Source: a phage. Taken from it: DNA of 34,536 bases. The stretch lies in assembly GCA_012145005.1 (NCBI GenBank), contig GCA_012145005.1_3029.2; one strand, 5' to 3'. Positions 13,562 through 21,185 of this stretch are shown here, piece by piece. Under the pieces are notes generated by a model that saw only the letters and a program-made list of their open reading frames with translations, did no database searches and was not told the DNA's origin. Made by a program: the position numbers and the translations under genes. Positions within the stretch are counted from its first letter, which is position 1; each line of letters opens with the position of its first letter.

Positions 13562-13841
13562 ATTGAATCGCCTTCAGTTGACGTTTTAATTCTTTTATCA
13601 TTTCTTCGTTCATCGCAATATAAAGATCGCGTAAAGCAGGTTTTAGCATTCCATTTACCGGAGAACTAAATGGGCATACATAATCTTTTCCTACAAGCTT
13701 TTTGGTAAATTCCATATCACAAAATTTAAATGCTGGCTCATTCGCATAAATTCCCCAATTAGTTGACATCATTTTATTGGCATATTCCAGTGCCTGAATT
13801 TGATTCATAATTCCATCGATTTGAAACTTTTTAATATTCAT
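13545..13841 (-). CDS. hypothetical early protein (98 aa)
   Basis: ATG at 13841 overlaps upstream stop (TAATG); arn-motA interval. Confidence 0.6.
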   Translation of the reverse strand: MNIKKFQIDGIMNQIQALEYANKMMSTNWGIYANEPAFKFCDMEFTKKLVGKDYVCPFSSPVNGMLKPALRDLYIAMNEEMIKELKRQLKAIQFGQGN

Positions 13842-14302
13842 TAGTAAAGGTCCTCAGAGTAAAGTTCTTTTTCACTACCACCACGTTCAATACGTACTTG
13901 TCCAGCGTAAGTTGCAATAATCATTGCTTCTTCACGTGTCCAATAATTACTATATTGGTCAATAAACCCTTGGTCATCATCACAAACTTGTTGAGTAACT
14001 AATTGAGGTTTAACTACATCTAAAACTTCGGCCATATCTTTAGAATAATGACGAGCACCTGGAATAATAAGAGTTCGTCCATCTTTTAATTTAAAACGGT
14101 TGGCCGCGCAGACAATTCGTCGTTGATACTTTTGGTTTTCATCCCAATATGCAGTCTGCCAACATATTTCAGGAACTTCTTTTAGAATATCTTCTTCTGT
14201 GCATTTATAACCATGCGCTTTAAATTTTTCAGCAAGACTTTCTGGAGTTTCACGAGATAAAGGAACATTCAGCATTTTTAAACGATTGATAAATGGGTTC
14301 AT
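13841..14302 (-). CDS. hypothetical early protein (153 aa)
   Basis: ATG at 14302 with AGGATGG SD, overlaps upstream stop (ATGA). Confidence 0.65.
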   Translation of the reverse strand: MNPFINRLKMLNVPLSRETPESLAEKFKAHGYKCTEEDILKEVPEICWQTAYWDENQKYQRRIVCAANRFKLKDGRTLIIPGARHYSKDMAEVLDVVKPQLVTQQVCDDDQGFIDQYSNYWTREEAMIIATYAGQVRIERGGSEKELYSEDLY

Positions 14303-14628
14303 TTAAACCATCCTTTAATACGTTGCCACAAAGTTTTCTGTTGAGCTTTGTTAACACCAATTGAGCGAATAACTGGTTGAGATTCCTGGAATTCTTTATA
14401 ATCGGCAAGGTAAATTTCGTAAGCTGCATCTGTAAAGGAACTTATCGCTGCCATGAAATTATTGCGAATACCTACTGGAGCATCTTTACTTTCACGAATA
14501 ATCATGTATTTACCAGTCTTAATCTTTACAATAGTTCCAAGATAAGCTCCATGGTACCAAATATCCCAACCCTCTTGAGTAGGTTCTGCACAACGACGAA
14601 GTTCATTGATAATTTCTAACTTGTTCAT
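14299..14628 (-). CDS. hypothetical early protein (109 aa)
   Basis: ATG at 14628 with GAGGA SD, immediately downstream of motA. Confidence 0.65.
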   Translation of the reverse strand: MNKLEIINELRRCAEPTQEGWDIWYHGAYLGTIVKIKTGKYMIIRESKDAPVGIRNNFMAAISSFTDAAYEIYLADYKEFQESQPVIRSIGVNKAQQKTLWQRIKGWFK

Positions 14629-14638
14629 TATTTATTCC

Positions 14639-15274
14639 TCACAGTTCAGATGCTACAGTGATTACTGCTTCAATGTTTTCTTCCGAGCGTTTAATGTCAA
14701 GATACACATTACCGTTTTTAGCGATTTTACATGACATTCCGATATCAGTAAATTTCTGAATATGATGTTCCATCATTTTGTATCCAAAAATTCGCATATT
14801 TCCATTGTTGTTAATTTCAAAATTACGAATTCCGTGAGTACGTTTTTCTAAAATAGCGAGATAGTTACTACGATAAGTTTCAACCTTTTTAAGAACAAAT
14901 CCATTTTCATCTAAAAGTTTTAACATGAAGTCTTTATCTTCTTCCATATCAGAAGTAATCTCACGAGCTTTACGAGTTGCTCGTTTTTTCAGTAGTTCCG
15001 GAGCATTTTCCTGTGCGTATAAAGTTGCTGCGTTTGAAATAATATCCTGAGCTTCACCAGTAATGATTAATCCATCACCAGATTTCTCCACCAGGCCTTT
15101 TTTAATCAATACCCCAATATTACTATTAACTACTGCGTTACCTAAATCTGGATGCACCTCACGAACTTCTGCAGCTGTAATGAAATCTTTCTTAGCAATA
15201 GTAATTAAAATCGCAGCAGTTTTTTCATTCAGAACATCGTTAGAAGCTTTGATGATGTAAGTTACTTTAGACAT
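14639..15274 (-). CDS. motA: middle-transcription activator MotA (211 aa)
   Basis: MSKVTYIIKASNDVLNEKTAAILITIAKKDFITAAEVREVHPDLGNAVVNSNIGVLIKKGLVEKSGDG recognised as T4 MotA; early promoter upstream. Confidence 0.9.
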   Translation of the reverse strand: MSKVTYIIKASNDVLNEKTAAILITIAKKDFITAAEVREVHPDLGNAVVNSNIGVLIKKGLVEKSGDGLIITGEAQDIISNAATLYAQENAPELLKKRATRKAREITSDMEEDKDFMLKLLDENGFVLKKVETYRSNYLAILEKRTHGIRNFEINNNGNMRIFGYKMMEHHIQKFTDIGMSCKIAKNGNVYLDIKRSEENIEAVITVASEL

Positions 15275-15290
15275 TTTCTAATCTCCGTAA

Positions 15291-15326
15291 TTCTGTATCA
15301 GTAGTTGATAGTTGTATAGTACCACA
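15291..15326 (-). repeat. dispersed promoter-leader repeat, copy 1 (motA)
   Basis: Minus strand GTGGTACTATACAACTATCAACTACTGATACAGAA. Confidence 0.6.
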
Positions 15327-15345
15327 GTATGCTTTGGTTGTAAAC
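15316..15345 (-). promoter_or_regulatory. early promoter for motA
   Basis: GTTTAC, 18-bp spacer, TGGTACTAT; directly downstream of a terminator hairpin. Confidence 0.65.
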
Positions 15346-15360
15346 CGTTTTGTGAAAAAA

Positions 15361-15394
15361 TTTTAAAATAAAAAGGGAGAGCCGAGGCTCTCCC
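15361..15394 (-). terminator. intrinsic terminator after the motA.1-position ORF
   Basis: Perfect 8-bp stem GGGAGAGC/GCTCTCCC, 4-nt loop, then UUUUUAUUUUAAAA on the minus-strand transcript. Confidence 0.65.
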
Positions 15395-15399
15395 TAAAA

Positions 15400-15549
15400 T
15401 TACTGCATGACTGTGATAACTGTCATGATAACACGTTGAATTCCGAACGCAAGAAGACCTCCTGCTACGGCTGGAACAACACCTAAACCCGTCAGTAAAA
15501 TGCTACCGGATACTAATGCAGCGCTTGTAATACCTATGAATGGACTCAT
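15400..15549 (-). CDS. small hydrophobic protein (49 aa; motA.1 position), not in ORF track
   Basis: ATG overlaps gene 52 stop (ATGA); MSPFIGITSAALVSGSILLTGLGVVPAVAGGLLAFGIQRVIMTVITVMQ; followed by an intrinsic terminator. Confidence 0.5.
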   Translation of the reverse strand: MSPFIGITSAALVSGSILLTGLGVVPAVAGGLLAFGIQRVIMTVITVMQ

Positions 15550-16874
15550 TTGATTTCCTCTAAATCTTTGGTGTATTCTGTAACTACATCAGTAGTTTTC
15601 CAATATTCGTTTTCTTCTTTTTTGGCTTTAGCTTCTTCAGCAAGTTTCTTCGCTTCATCGGAAGTCATATGAAAAATATTCATTCCGACTAGTTTATCAA
15701 CATAAGAAGAATACATATCAATTTTAGAAAGTTCTTCGGTCAGTTCTTTACGAGTTTTACCTTGTACAACAATTTCACCTGAAATTACTTTCTTAATGAA
15801 ATGTGCCTTGGCAAAGGCTAAACGAAATGCCGATTCAGTTTCTTTGATTTTGTTATCAATTCGTTTTTGGACATAAGTTTTACGAACTTCAACGAAGTCT
15901 TTGATTAAATCAACTACGTTATCGTAAACTTGTAGTTTTCCTTTCTCATTAATAACGGTAATATTCTGGGAACGACGCTCAATCAACCCGAAGTCTTTCA
16001 TAATTTTTGCATGGCGTTCTTCTTCGTTATCGCTCAAGGAATATTCTTTACGGAATTTAACTTTGAAGCCAAAACCATGCTCACCACAAGCATCATCCCA
16101 CGTAATGAAGCCTTTATCTTCAAGCGGGTCTAAGATTTTACTCACGTAAGTTTCACGATCATACTTATACGGAATCTCAGTGATATTCATTTGAGTTCGT
16201 GAAGTAAACTTGTACGTTCCACGAATTTCATATTGACCGTCAATTTCAACGACTTCACCACGAAATTCTGGGAATTCTACCTTCGGTTTAGTTACTTTCT
16301 TTCCTTGAAGAGCTTGTAATACAGCTTTCTTAACAGAAGAAACACTATGAGGAAGAATGTAAGTTGCATAACCAGTTGCAATACCGGAAACGCCATTAAG
16401 AAGAACAGTAGGAATAATAGGCAAATAGAAAGCAGGCGGAATGTGTTCTTTATCTTGATGTACTGGAGCATATTCAGTATCTTTATATACGTTATAGAAA
16501 TTTTTACTTACACGAGCAAAAATATAACGACTAGCTGCTGCCTTTTGGACAGTACGAGAACCGAAGTTTCCTTGACCATCTAACAAAGGAAAGTTATTAT
16601 TCCAAGTGTTAGCCATCAAAGCCCCCGCATCTTGTGCAGAGTTTTCACCATGGTGATATCCAAGGTCCGCTACACCACCTGCAATAGAAGCGAGTTTGTG
16701 AAACTTATCTTTATTTCCTCGTGCCAAATCAAGAGCTCGAGCAATAACAAATCGTTGAACTGGCTTAAATCCATCAATCATATTTGGAATAGCACGATTT
16801 TCAACCGTGTACATAGCATAAGCCAATGCTTCATTATCAATGATACTTTTTAAATCGCGATTATTCAGTTGCAT
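15546..16874 (-). CDS. 52: DNA topoisomerase II medium subunit gp52 (442 aa)
   Basis: MQLNNRDLKSIIDNEALAYAMYTVENRAIPNMIDGFKPVQRFV, GyrA-like breakage-reunion domain; recognised as T4 gp52. Confidence 0.9.
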   Translation of the reverse strand: MQLNNRDLKSIIDNEALAYAMYTVENRAIPNMIDGFKPVQRFVIARALDLARGNKDKFHKLASIAGGVADLGYHHGENSAQDAGALMANTWNNNFPLLDGQGNFGSRTVQKAAASRYIFARVSKNFYNVYKDTEYAPVHQDKEHIPPAFYLPIIPTVLLNGVSGIATGYATYILPHSVSSVKKAVLQALQGKKVTKPKVEFPEFRGEVVEIDGQYEIRGTYKFTSRTQMNITEIPYKYDRETYVSKILDPLEDKGFITWDDACGEHGFGFKVKFRKEYSLSDNEEERHAKIMKDFGLIERRSQNITVINEKGKLQVYDNVVDLIKDFVEVRKTYVQKRIDNKIKETESAFRLAFAKAHFIKKVISGEIVVQGKTRKELTEELSKIDMYSSYVDKLVGMNIFHMTSDEAKKLAEEAKAKKEENEYWKTTDVVTEYTKDLEEIK

Positions 16875-16878
16875 AAAT

Positions 16879-17019
16879 TTACCATACTAGTGAATGTAGT
16901 GCCATAATAACATCAGAAATGAAAAGCACGACTTGAATTAATCCAAACATTACTCCATAATATAGTGCTATTAATAAAATAGCAAGGGCTAATGAATAGC
17001 CCAAGATTTTCTTAATCAT
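16879..17019 (-). CDS. small membrane peptide (46 aa), not in ORF track
   Basis: ATG at 17019; MIKKILGYSLALAILLIALYYGVMFGLIQVVLFISDVLMALHSLVW; stop 5 nt before gene 52 ATG. Confidence 0.4.
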   Translation of the reverse strand: MIKKILGYSLALAILLIALYYGVMFGLIQVVLFISDVIMALHSLVW

Positions 17020-17170
17020 TAGTAGATAACAACACAAATGTTAAATATGCACACATACCCTGAGCTAAAGCTTGCGAAAACACACTGCTGGCATCAATAC
17101 AGATAGTTAAAACACATGCTACTATCCAACAAATAAATGAAATAACTCCTAATAATTTTGCAATATTCAT
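17012..17170 (-). CDS. ac: small membrane protein (52 aa), Ac-like (acriflavine-sensitivity position)
   Basis: Track ORF starts at TTG 17200; ATG at 17170 follows GAGGAG SD; MNIAKLLGVISFICWIVACVLTICIDASSVFSQALAQGMCAYLTFVLLSTND. Confidence 0.5.
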   Translation of the reverse strand: MNIAKLLGVISFICWIVACVLTICIDASSVFSQALAQGMCAYLTFVLLSTND

Positions 17171-17180
17171 AATATTCTCC

Positions 17181-17336
17181 TCAACTATTTTTAGAACCAA
17201 TGTACGCGAATAATGATAAAATCGCTAATACGCCCTGAGCTGATGCTTGCAAAAATACTGAAGTTTCTCCAGTTATTACTGTTCCGATGCATAAAAAGAA
17301 CCAACAGAAAAAGGCTATACCGTGAACAAATTTCAT
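17181..17336 (-). CDS. small membrane protein (51 aa), paralogue of the Ac-like ORF; not in ORF track
   Basis: ATG at 17336 with GAGGA SD; MKFVHGIAFFCWFFLCIGTVITGETSVFLQASAQGVLAILSLFAYIGSKNS. Confidence 0.45.
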   Translation of the reverse strand: MKFVHGIAFFCWFFLCIGTVITGETSVFLQASAQGVLAILSLFAYIGSKNS

Positions 17337-17343
17337 ATTTTCC

Positions 17344-17424
17344 TCACTGGCGTCCGAAGACGCCTTTGGTTTTAAGATTGTTACGATAGAACTGCATCAC
17401 ATGTTCGTTATGGAAATTACTCAT
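17344..17424 (-). CDS. stp: Stp peptide (26 aa)
   Basis: ATG overlaps ndd stop (TAATG); translation [26 protein letters not shown] recognised as T4 Stp; not in ORF track. Confidence 0.7.
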
Positions 17425-17882
17425 TAATATGCCTGCAAAACAAATTTAAAGTTATCAGCCAACATACGGTTCATTTCTTCAAGTGTTTGATACTCAGAAT
17501 GATGATTACGAGTAAACGCTAAAGCTAACTGACCTTTTCCAAATCCCGTCGTCAGAGGTTTCATCTTAGAAGCAGGCAGATAAAATACTGTATATGGAAC
17601 ATTGTTATTTGCAATAGTACGTGCAAGCTGAGACCGACGTTGACGAATATGACTTAGAACTGCGCTGAATCCTTGCTTAGAACGCTGATTACCTACATAA
17701 AATCGTGCAGACACACATGGATTACTAAATGGACGACCATCTAATTTACTCACTAAAAAGTAAAATCCAGGTTTAGATAAAATGTCTTTGTGTGGAGTTC
17801 CCAAAAACCACTCACCGCCCTTGATTGTACCAATAACAGTAGCGCCTGCATTATTCAGATCAGTAACAGTCATATATTTCAT
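17424..17882 (-). CDS. ndd: nucleoid disruption protein Ndd (152 aa)
   Basis: Track ORF has a 16-codon read-through extension; ATG at 17882 follows GAGGAAATTA; [35 protein letters not shown]. Confidence 0.8.
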
Positions 17883-17942
17883 ATTAATTTCCTCTAAATT
17901 ATTTTCTACTCCAAGGCCGCATGAATACACGCGGCCATTAAA

Positions 17943-18158
17943 TTAATCGTCGCAGTCGACGCTCAATTCCCAAAACTCTTCTACGGTATAAGTTTCAGTA
18001 TCATTTTCAATACAGAAACGTTCATTACTGTTATTTGTTAAAGTAGCATTAACTGTCGGTTTCTCGCTAGTGCTCTTAAGAGGTGAAATGCGAATTAACT
18101 GATCACCGTTATCTAAACAGAAAATTTCACCAACTTTTACATCTTTAAAGCTTTTCAT
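17943..18158 (-). CDS. hypothetical protein (71 aa)
   Basis: Track ORF upstream of ndd. Confidence 0.5.
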   Translation of the reverse strand: MKSFKDVKVGEIFCLDNGDQLIRISPLKSTSEKPTVNATLTNNSNERFCIENDTETYTVEEFWELSVDCDD

Positions 18159-18166
18159 AATTCACC

Positions 18167-18274
18167 TCAAGGAGTATAAAATCCAAATGCAGTTGTTGAC
18201 CATCCCATCCAATATGGAAAATTTGCACCAATGTAAAACATAAGAATATAAAACCAACCGCTCAGCAAATTCAT
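18167..18274 (-). CDS. small hydrophobic peptide (35 aa), not in ORF track
   Basis: ATG overlaps upstream stop (ATGA); MNLLSGWFYILMFYIGANFPYWMGWSTTAFGFYTP. Confidence 0.4.
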   Translation of the reverse strand: MNLLSGWFYILMFYIGANFPYWMGWSTTAFGFYTP

Positions 18275-18492
18275 CATTTTACACCATTCCAAATTGTTTC
18301 AACCACAGATTTTAAACCATTTTGATGAATATCCATTCCGACTACCGCCATCAAATAGATTCCAACTACAACTGAACCTAAGGCAAAAATCAGCATGAAA
18401 ATGAATAAAGCCGGAAAAATATTATCGAAAAACCATTCAATAAATGTAAAAGCACTACGTTTACGCTTCATATTTTCCTCACATAAATCCAA
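18274..18492 (-). CDS. small membrane protein (72 aa)
   Basis: Track ORF; hydrophobic core IFPALFIFMLIFALGSVVVGIYLMAVVG. Confidence 0.5.
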   Translation of the reverse strand: MDLCEENMKRKRSAFTFIEWFFDNIFPALFIFMLIFALGSVVVGIYLMAVVGMDIHQNGLKSVVETIWNGVK

Positions 18493-18592
18493 AATAAGCG
18501 TTTAATACATCAATCATTAAAACGATTGGGAATATACTCAAAACTATTAGTATTATAACTACATTCCATATAGCTTTAACAATCTTTTTCAT
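18479..18592 (-). CDS. small membrane peptide (37 aa)
   Basis: Track ORF 18479..18691 reads through an early promoter; ATG at 18592 follows GGAGGAACAGAAA; MKKIVKAIWNVVIILIVLSIFPIVLMIDVLNAYFGFM. Confidence 0.5.
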   Translation of the reverse strand: MKKIVKAIWNVVIILIVLSIFPIVLMIDVLNAYFGFM

Positions 18593-18602
18593 TTTCTGTT
18601 CC

Positions 18603-18630
18603 TCCGTAGTTGATAGGGTAATAGTACCAC
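18603..18630 (-). repeat. dispersed promoter-leader repeat, partial copy 4
   Basis: Minus strand GTGGTACTATTACCCTATCAACTACGGA. Confidence 0.4.
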
Positions 18631-18650
18631 GGAAGAACAGTCTTGTAAAC
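18621..18650 (-). promoter_or_regulatory. early promoter for ORF 18479..18592
   Basis: GTTTAC, 18-bp spacer, TGGTACTAT. Confidence 0.55.
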
Positions 18651-18659
18651 AACTTTTTT

Positions 18660-18758
18660 TTAAAAATATTCGTAATAAATGTGAATACCAACTACTACCG
18701 CTGAAACCTGTGCAACCCACCACGCACAAGCAATAAGTACAGAATTCAAAATTTTCAT
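18660..18758 (-). CDS. small hydrophobic peptide (32 aa), not in ORF track
   Basis: ATG overlaps upstream stop (ATGA); MKILNSVLIACAWWVAQVSAVVVGIHIYYEYF. Confidence 0.35.
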   Translation of the reverse strand: MKILNSVLIACAWWVAQVSAVVVGIHIYYEYF

Positions 18759-18841
18759 AATAACCTCATTACAAAAGTAAATGTTAAACAAATTAATGGA
18801 ATACTAATTAACCAAACAAAACACCACCATAATGAACTCAT
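18755..18841 (-). CDS. small hydrophobic peptide (28 aa), not in ORF track
   Basis: MSSLWWCFVWLISIPLICLTFTFVMRLL; stop overlaps next ATG. Confidence 0.35.
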   Translation of the reverse strand: MSSLWWCFVWLISIPLICLTFTFVMRLL

Positions 18842-18869
18842 AGTTCAATCTCAACGATTTTCATTTTAC

Positions 18870-19076
18870 TCAATAATCCGCTAAAAGATCGACGATTGCA
18901 TCACGAAGACACTTATTCGCAATACGTTTAAGAGCAATTTCAGTTTCTGGAGCATTTTGAATAATCATTGAATTCAATTCAGCCTCAGCAAACTGAAGTT
19001 CTTTAACTAATTCAGCTTTATATTTTCCTTGCCCTTTCTTAGCTTTTGCTCGTTTTAATTCAGCTGTAGTAAACAT
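18870..19076 (-). CDS. hypothetical protein (68 aa)
   Basis: Track ORF 18870..19175 reads through an early promoter; ATG at 19076 follows GGAGAATAAA; MFTTAELKRAKAKKGQGKYKAELVKELQFAEAELN. Confidence 0.55.
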   Translation of the reverse strand: MFTTAELKRAKAKKGQGKYKAELVKELQFAEAELNSMIIQNAPETEIALKRIANKCLRDAIVDLLADY

Positions 19077-19090
19077 TTTATTCTCCAAAT

Positions 19091-19120
19091 CCGTATCAGT
19101 TGATAGTTGTATATTACCAC
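19091..19120 (-). repeat. dispersed promoter-leader repeat, copy 2
   Basis: Minus strand GTGGTAATATACAACTATCAACTGATACGG. Confidence 0.6.
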
Positions 19121-19140
19121 AGTCCTTGTGGTATGTAAAC
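19111..19140 (-). promoter_or_regulatory. early promoter for ORF 18870..19076
   Basis: GTTTAC, 18-bp spacer, TGGTAATAT. Confidence 0.6.
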
Positions 19141-19156
19141 CGTTTTGTGAAAATTT

Positions 19157-19714
19157 TTAAATGGAAAGATACCATCCGTTGTAGTTGCTTTTTCTTACAA
19201 CCTTACGAAGGTCTTCTCTGTCACCGATGAACTTCGGAGTGTACTGGATGACACCTGGATGAATTTCTTTAGTGTTGAATATAATTATACAGTCAGCGAC
19301 TTGATGATTTAGAATGGGCCCTAGATTTATTCCAGAACCATATGGATACTCTCCGCTGCATCCCGTTGTTACCGAAATCCAACGCGAGTCAGTTTGATGT
19401 GTCTTAACTTCTACACGAAGCCCGCAGTATCTTGGATGCGCCAATACATCCCATGCGTATGTATACGGGTCATTAACGTCCTCTTGGCCTTTGTTAACAT
19501 ACCCGCTTAGCCAATCTGCTACAAAAAACTCTGCGTACACCGCGATACGGCATCTTTCGATAACTTCTGCTTTATCCTGGTTCGGGTTTTGTTTTAAAGA
19601 GTATCTTGCTGTATCAGCAATTTTGACCTTCATTTCACTAGTCAAATCACTGTTCGATAGGGTAAATGTCGGAATCTGAAATAGTCTCTGTAAACCCGGA
19701 TTCGTTTTCTGCAT
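19157..19714 (-). CDS. denB: endonuclease IV DenB (185 aa)
   Basis: ATG at 19714 with AGGAAA SD; size and position between rIIB and ndd match T4 DenB. Confidence 0.75.
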   Translation of the reverse strand: MQKTNPGLQRLFQIPTFTLSNSDLTSEMKVKIADTARYSLKQNPNQDKAEVIERCRIAVYAEFFVADWLSGYVNKGQEDVNDPYTYAWDVLAHPRYCGLRVEVKTHQTDSRWISVTTGCSGEYPYGSGINLGPILNHQVADCIIIFNTKEIHPGVIQYTPKFIGDREDLRKVVRKSNYNGWYLSI

Positions 19715-19976
19715 TTAGACTTTCCTTTTTACCGCTGAGATAAGCGTTATATACTTTAAGAGTGCCGTAATAAATTCGGTCATTTTCATCTAAAGACTCA
19801 CGGTCAAGTTCATCGAGTTCCTTTTTATCCATGACTATAACATCATTGCAATAAAGAAACCCAAGTTTTTCGTGTCCAAACTCAAATTTATTACAGTACA
19901 CAATATTAGCGTGATGATTACCATGTAGAGAAATTTCTTTTATGTCGGAATCACCGATATTCATACAATAAATCAT
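19647..19976 (-). CDS. hypothetical protein (109 aa)
   Basis: ATG at 19976 with AAGGTGA SD; 3' end overlaps denB start by 68 nt out of frame. Confidence 0.5.
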   Translation of the reverse strand: MIYCMNIGDSDIKEISLHGNHHANIVYCNKFEFGHEKLGFLYCNDVIVMDKKELDELDRESLDENDRIYYGTLKVYNAYLSGKKESLNAENESGFTETISDSDIYPIEQ

Positions 19977-19993
19977 AATTCACCTTAAAACAA

Positions 19994-20009
19994 AAGGGCC
20001 GAAGCCCTT
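19994..20009 (-). terminator. UUCG-tetraloop hairpin after ORF 20013..20207, U-rich on both sides
   Basis: AAGGGC-UUCG-GCCCUU on minus transcript followed by UUUUGUUUU; plus strand also followed by TTATTTTATTT. Confidence 0.5.
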
Positions 20010-20012
20010 ATT

Positions 20013-20207
20013 TTATTTGAATTGTGCAATTCTTTTCTCTAGACACTCAGCATAAGATTTCATTGAGATGAACTGTGAAAGCAGCAGTTCTTGCTCAACT
20101 GCACTAACCGTTAGAAACTTTGCGCTTTCTAAAAATTTGCTCAGTGCATTAATTTTGAGCATTAATTGATCGTATTCTTCTTTTACTCGTGCTTGATAAC
20201 CTAACAT
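20013..20207 (-). CDS. hypothetical protein (64 aa), predicted helical
   Basis: ATG at 20207 with AAGGAAA SD; bracketed by two identical UUCG hairpins. Confidence 0.55.
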   Translation of the reverse strand: MLGYQARVKEEYDQLMLKINALSKFLESAKFLTVSAVEQELLLSQFISMKSYAECLEKRIAQFK

Positions 20208-20221
20208 AATTTTCCTTAGTT

Positions 20222-20237
20222 AAGGGCCGAAGCCCTT
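20222..20237 (-). other. UUCG-tetraloop hairpin between rIIB and ORF 20013..20207
   Basis: Same AAGGGC-UUCG-GCCCUU sequence as at 19994; overlaps rIIB stop; no U-run on the minus strand. Confidence 0.45.
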
Positions 20238-21174
20238 ATTTAAATTGTTCAGTAACGTCTTCAATTACTTCGTATTGGCAGGTACGCATTTTAGCGTCGT
20301 TGTAATCAATCGGAATTGATACTACATCACGAGGATGAACTTTAACTTTTACAACTCGGCTGGTTGAACCACCGAAGTGACGAATATAAGATTTAGAACA
20401 CACATGCAGACCACGAGAACAAGTTTGTGTATCATCGTCATTCACACGAGTACGCGGCATTTTAACTACTTTACCAGGACTGTTATCAAAGGTATTTGAG
20501 TGACAGTCAAAGTAATTGCTGCGAACTACTTTCCAAGCATAGAAGTAACCATCTTCTGTAATTTCAATATCGTTTGCTACCAAGAAATCAAAAAGTCGAG
20601 ATACCGCTTTCTGGCTTGGGTTTTCCAGCAGATTTTCCAAGAACGGAAAATAAAATTCAAAGTTTTCGCCTTTTTCCATCGAATCAAGAATACGATCAAC
20701 CAAACCAGACCGCAATTCAATATTTTGATAGAATAAGCTTCCACCTTCAATTCGAACATCGCCGGAAATATATTTTTCAACAGCGCGACGAACATTAATT
20801 TTTTGTGCCGCTTCTTCCAGCTTATCCGCTACAAGCAGATTGAGAATTTCCTGGAAGTTTGAATGAGTATTAGGCGTTGCATTATAAGTTACACCATCGA
20901 CAGTAATCGAAATGAATTTTTTAGATGCATTCCAAATAATGTCAGATTTAGTAACTGGAGCAATAACTGCATCGCTATTAACTTTAACTGTAATATCACC
21001 GCTAATAGTAACTTTAGGGCGTTTAGCTTCTTCAGCATTTTTCAAAACACGACGGATTGTATCAACCGATACATCTTGCCAATCAGCCAATTCCTGCTGA
21101 GTATAATTACCGCTTGAATACAGTTTAACAATTTCAGCTTGTTCGTTTTTGGTCAGGCATTTAATATTGTACAT
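20236..21174 (-). CDS. rIIB: rIIB protein (312 aa)
   Basis: Size, position adjacent to rIIA, N-terminus MYNIKCLTKNEQAEIVKLYSSGNYTQQELADWQDVSVDTIRRVLKN. Confidence 0.9.
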   Translation of the reverse strand: MYNIKCLTKNEQAEIVKLYSSGNYTQQELADWQDVSVDTIRRVLKNAEEAKRPKVTISGDITVKVNSDAVIAPVTKSDIIWNASKKFISITVDGVTYNATPNTHSNFQEILNLLVADKLEEAAQKINVRRAVEKYISGDVRIEGGSLFYQNIELRSGLVDRILDSMEKGENFEFYFPFLENLLENPSQKAVSRLFDFLVANDIEITEDGYFYAWKVVRSNYFDCHSNTFDNSPGKVVKMPRTRVNDDDTQTCSRGLHVCSKSYIRHFGGSTSRVVKVKVHPRDVVSIPIDYNDAKMRTCQYEVIEDVTEQFK

Positions 21175-21185
21175 AATTTTCCTTA

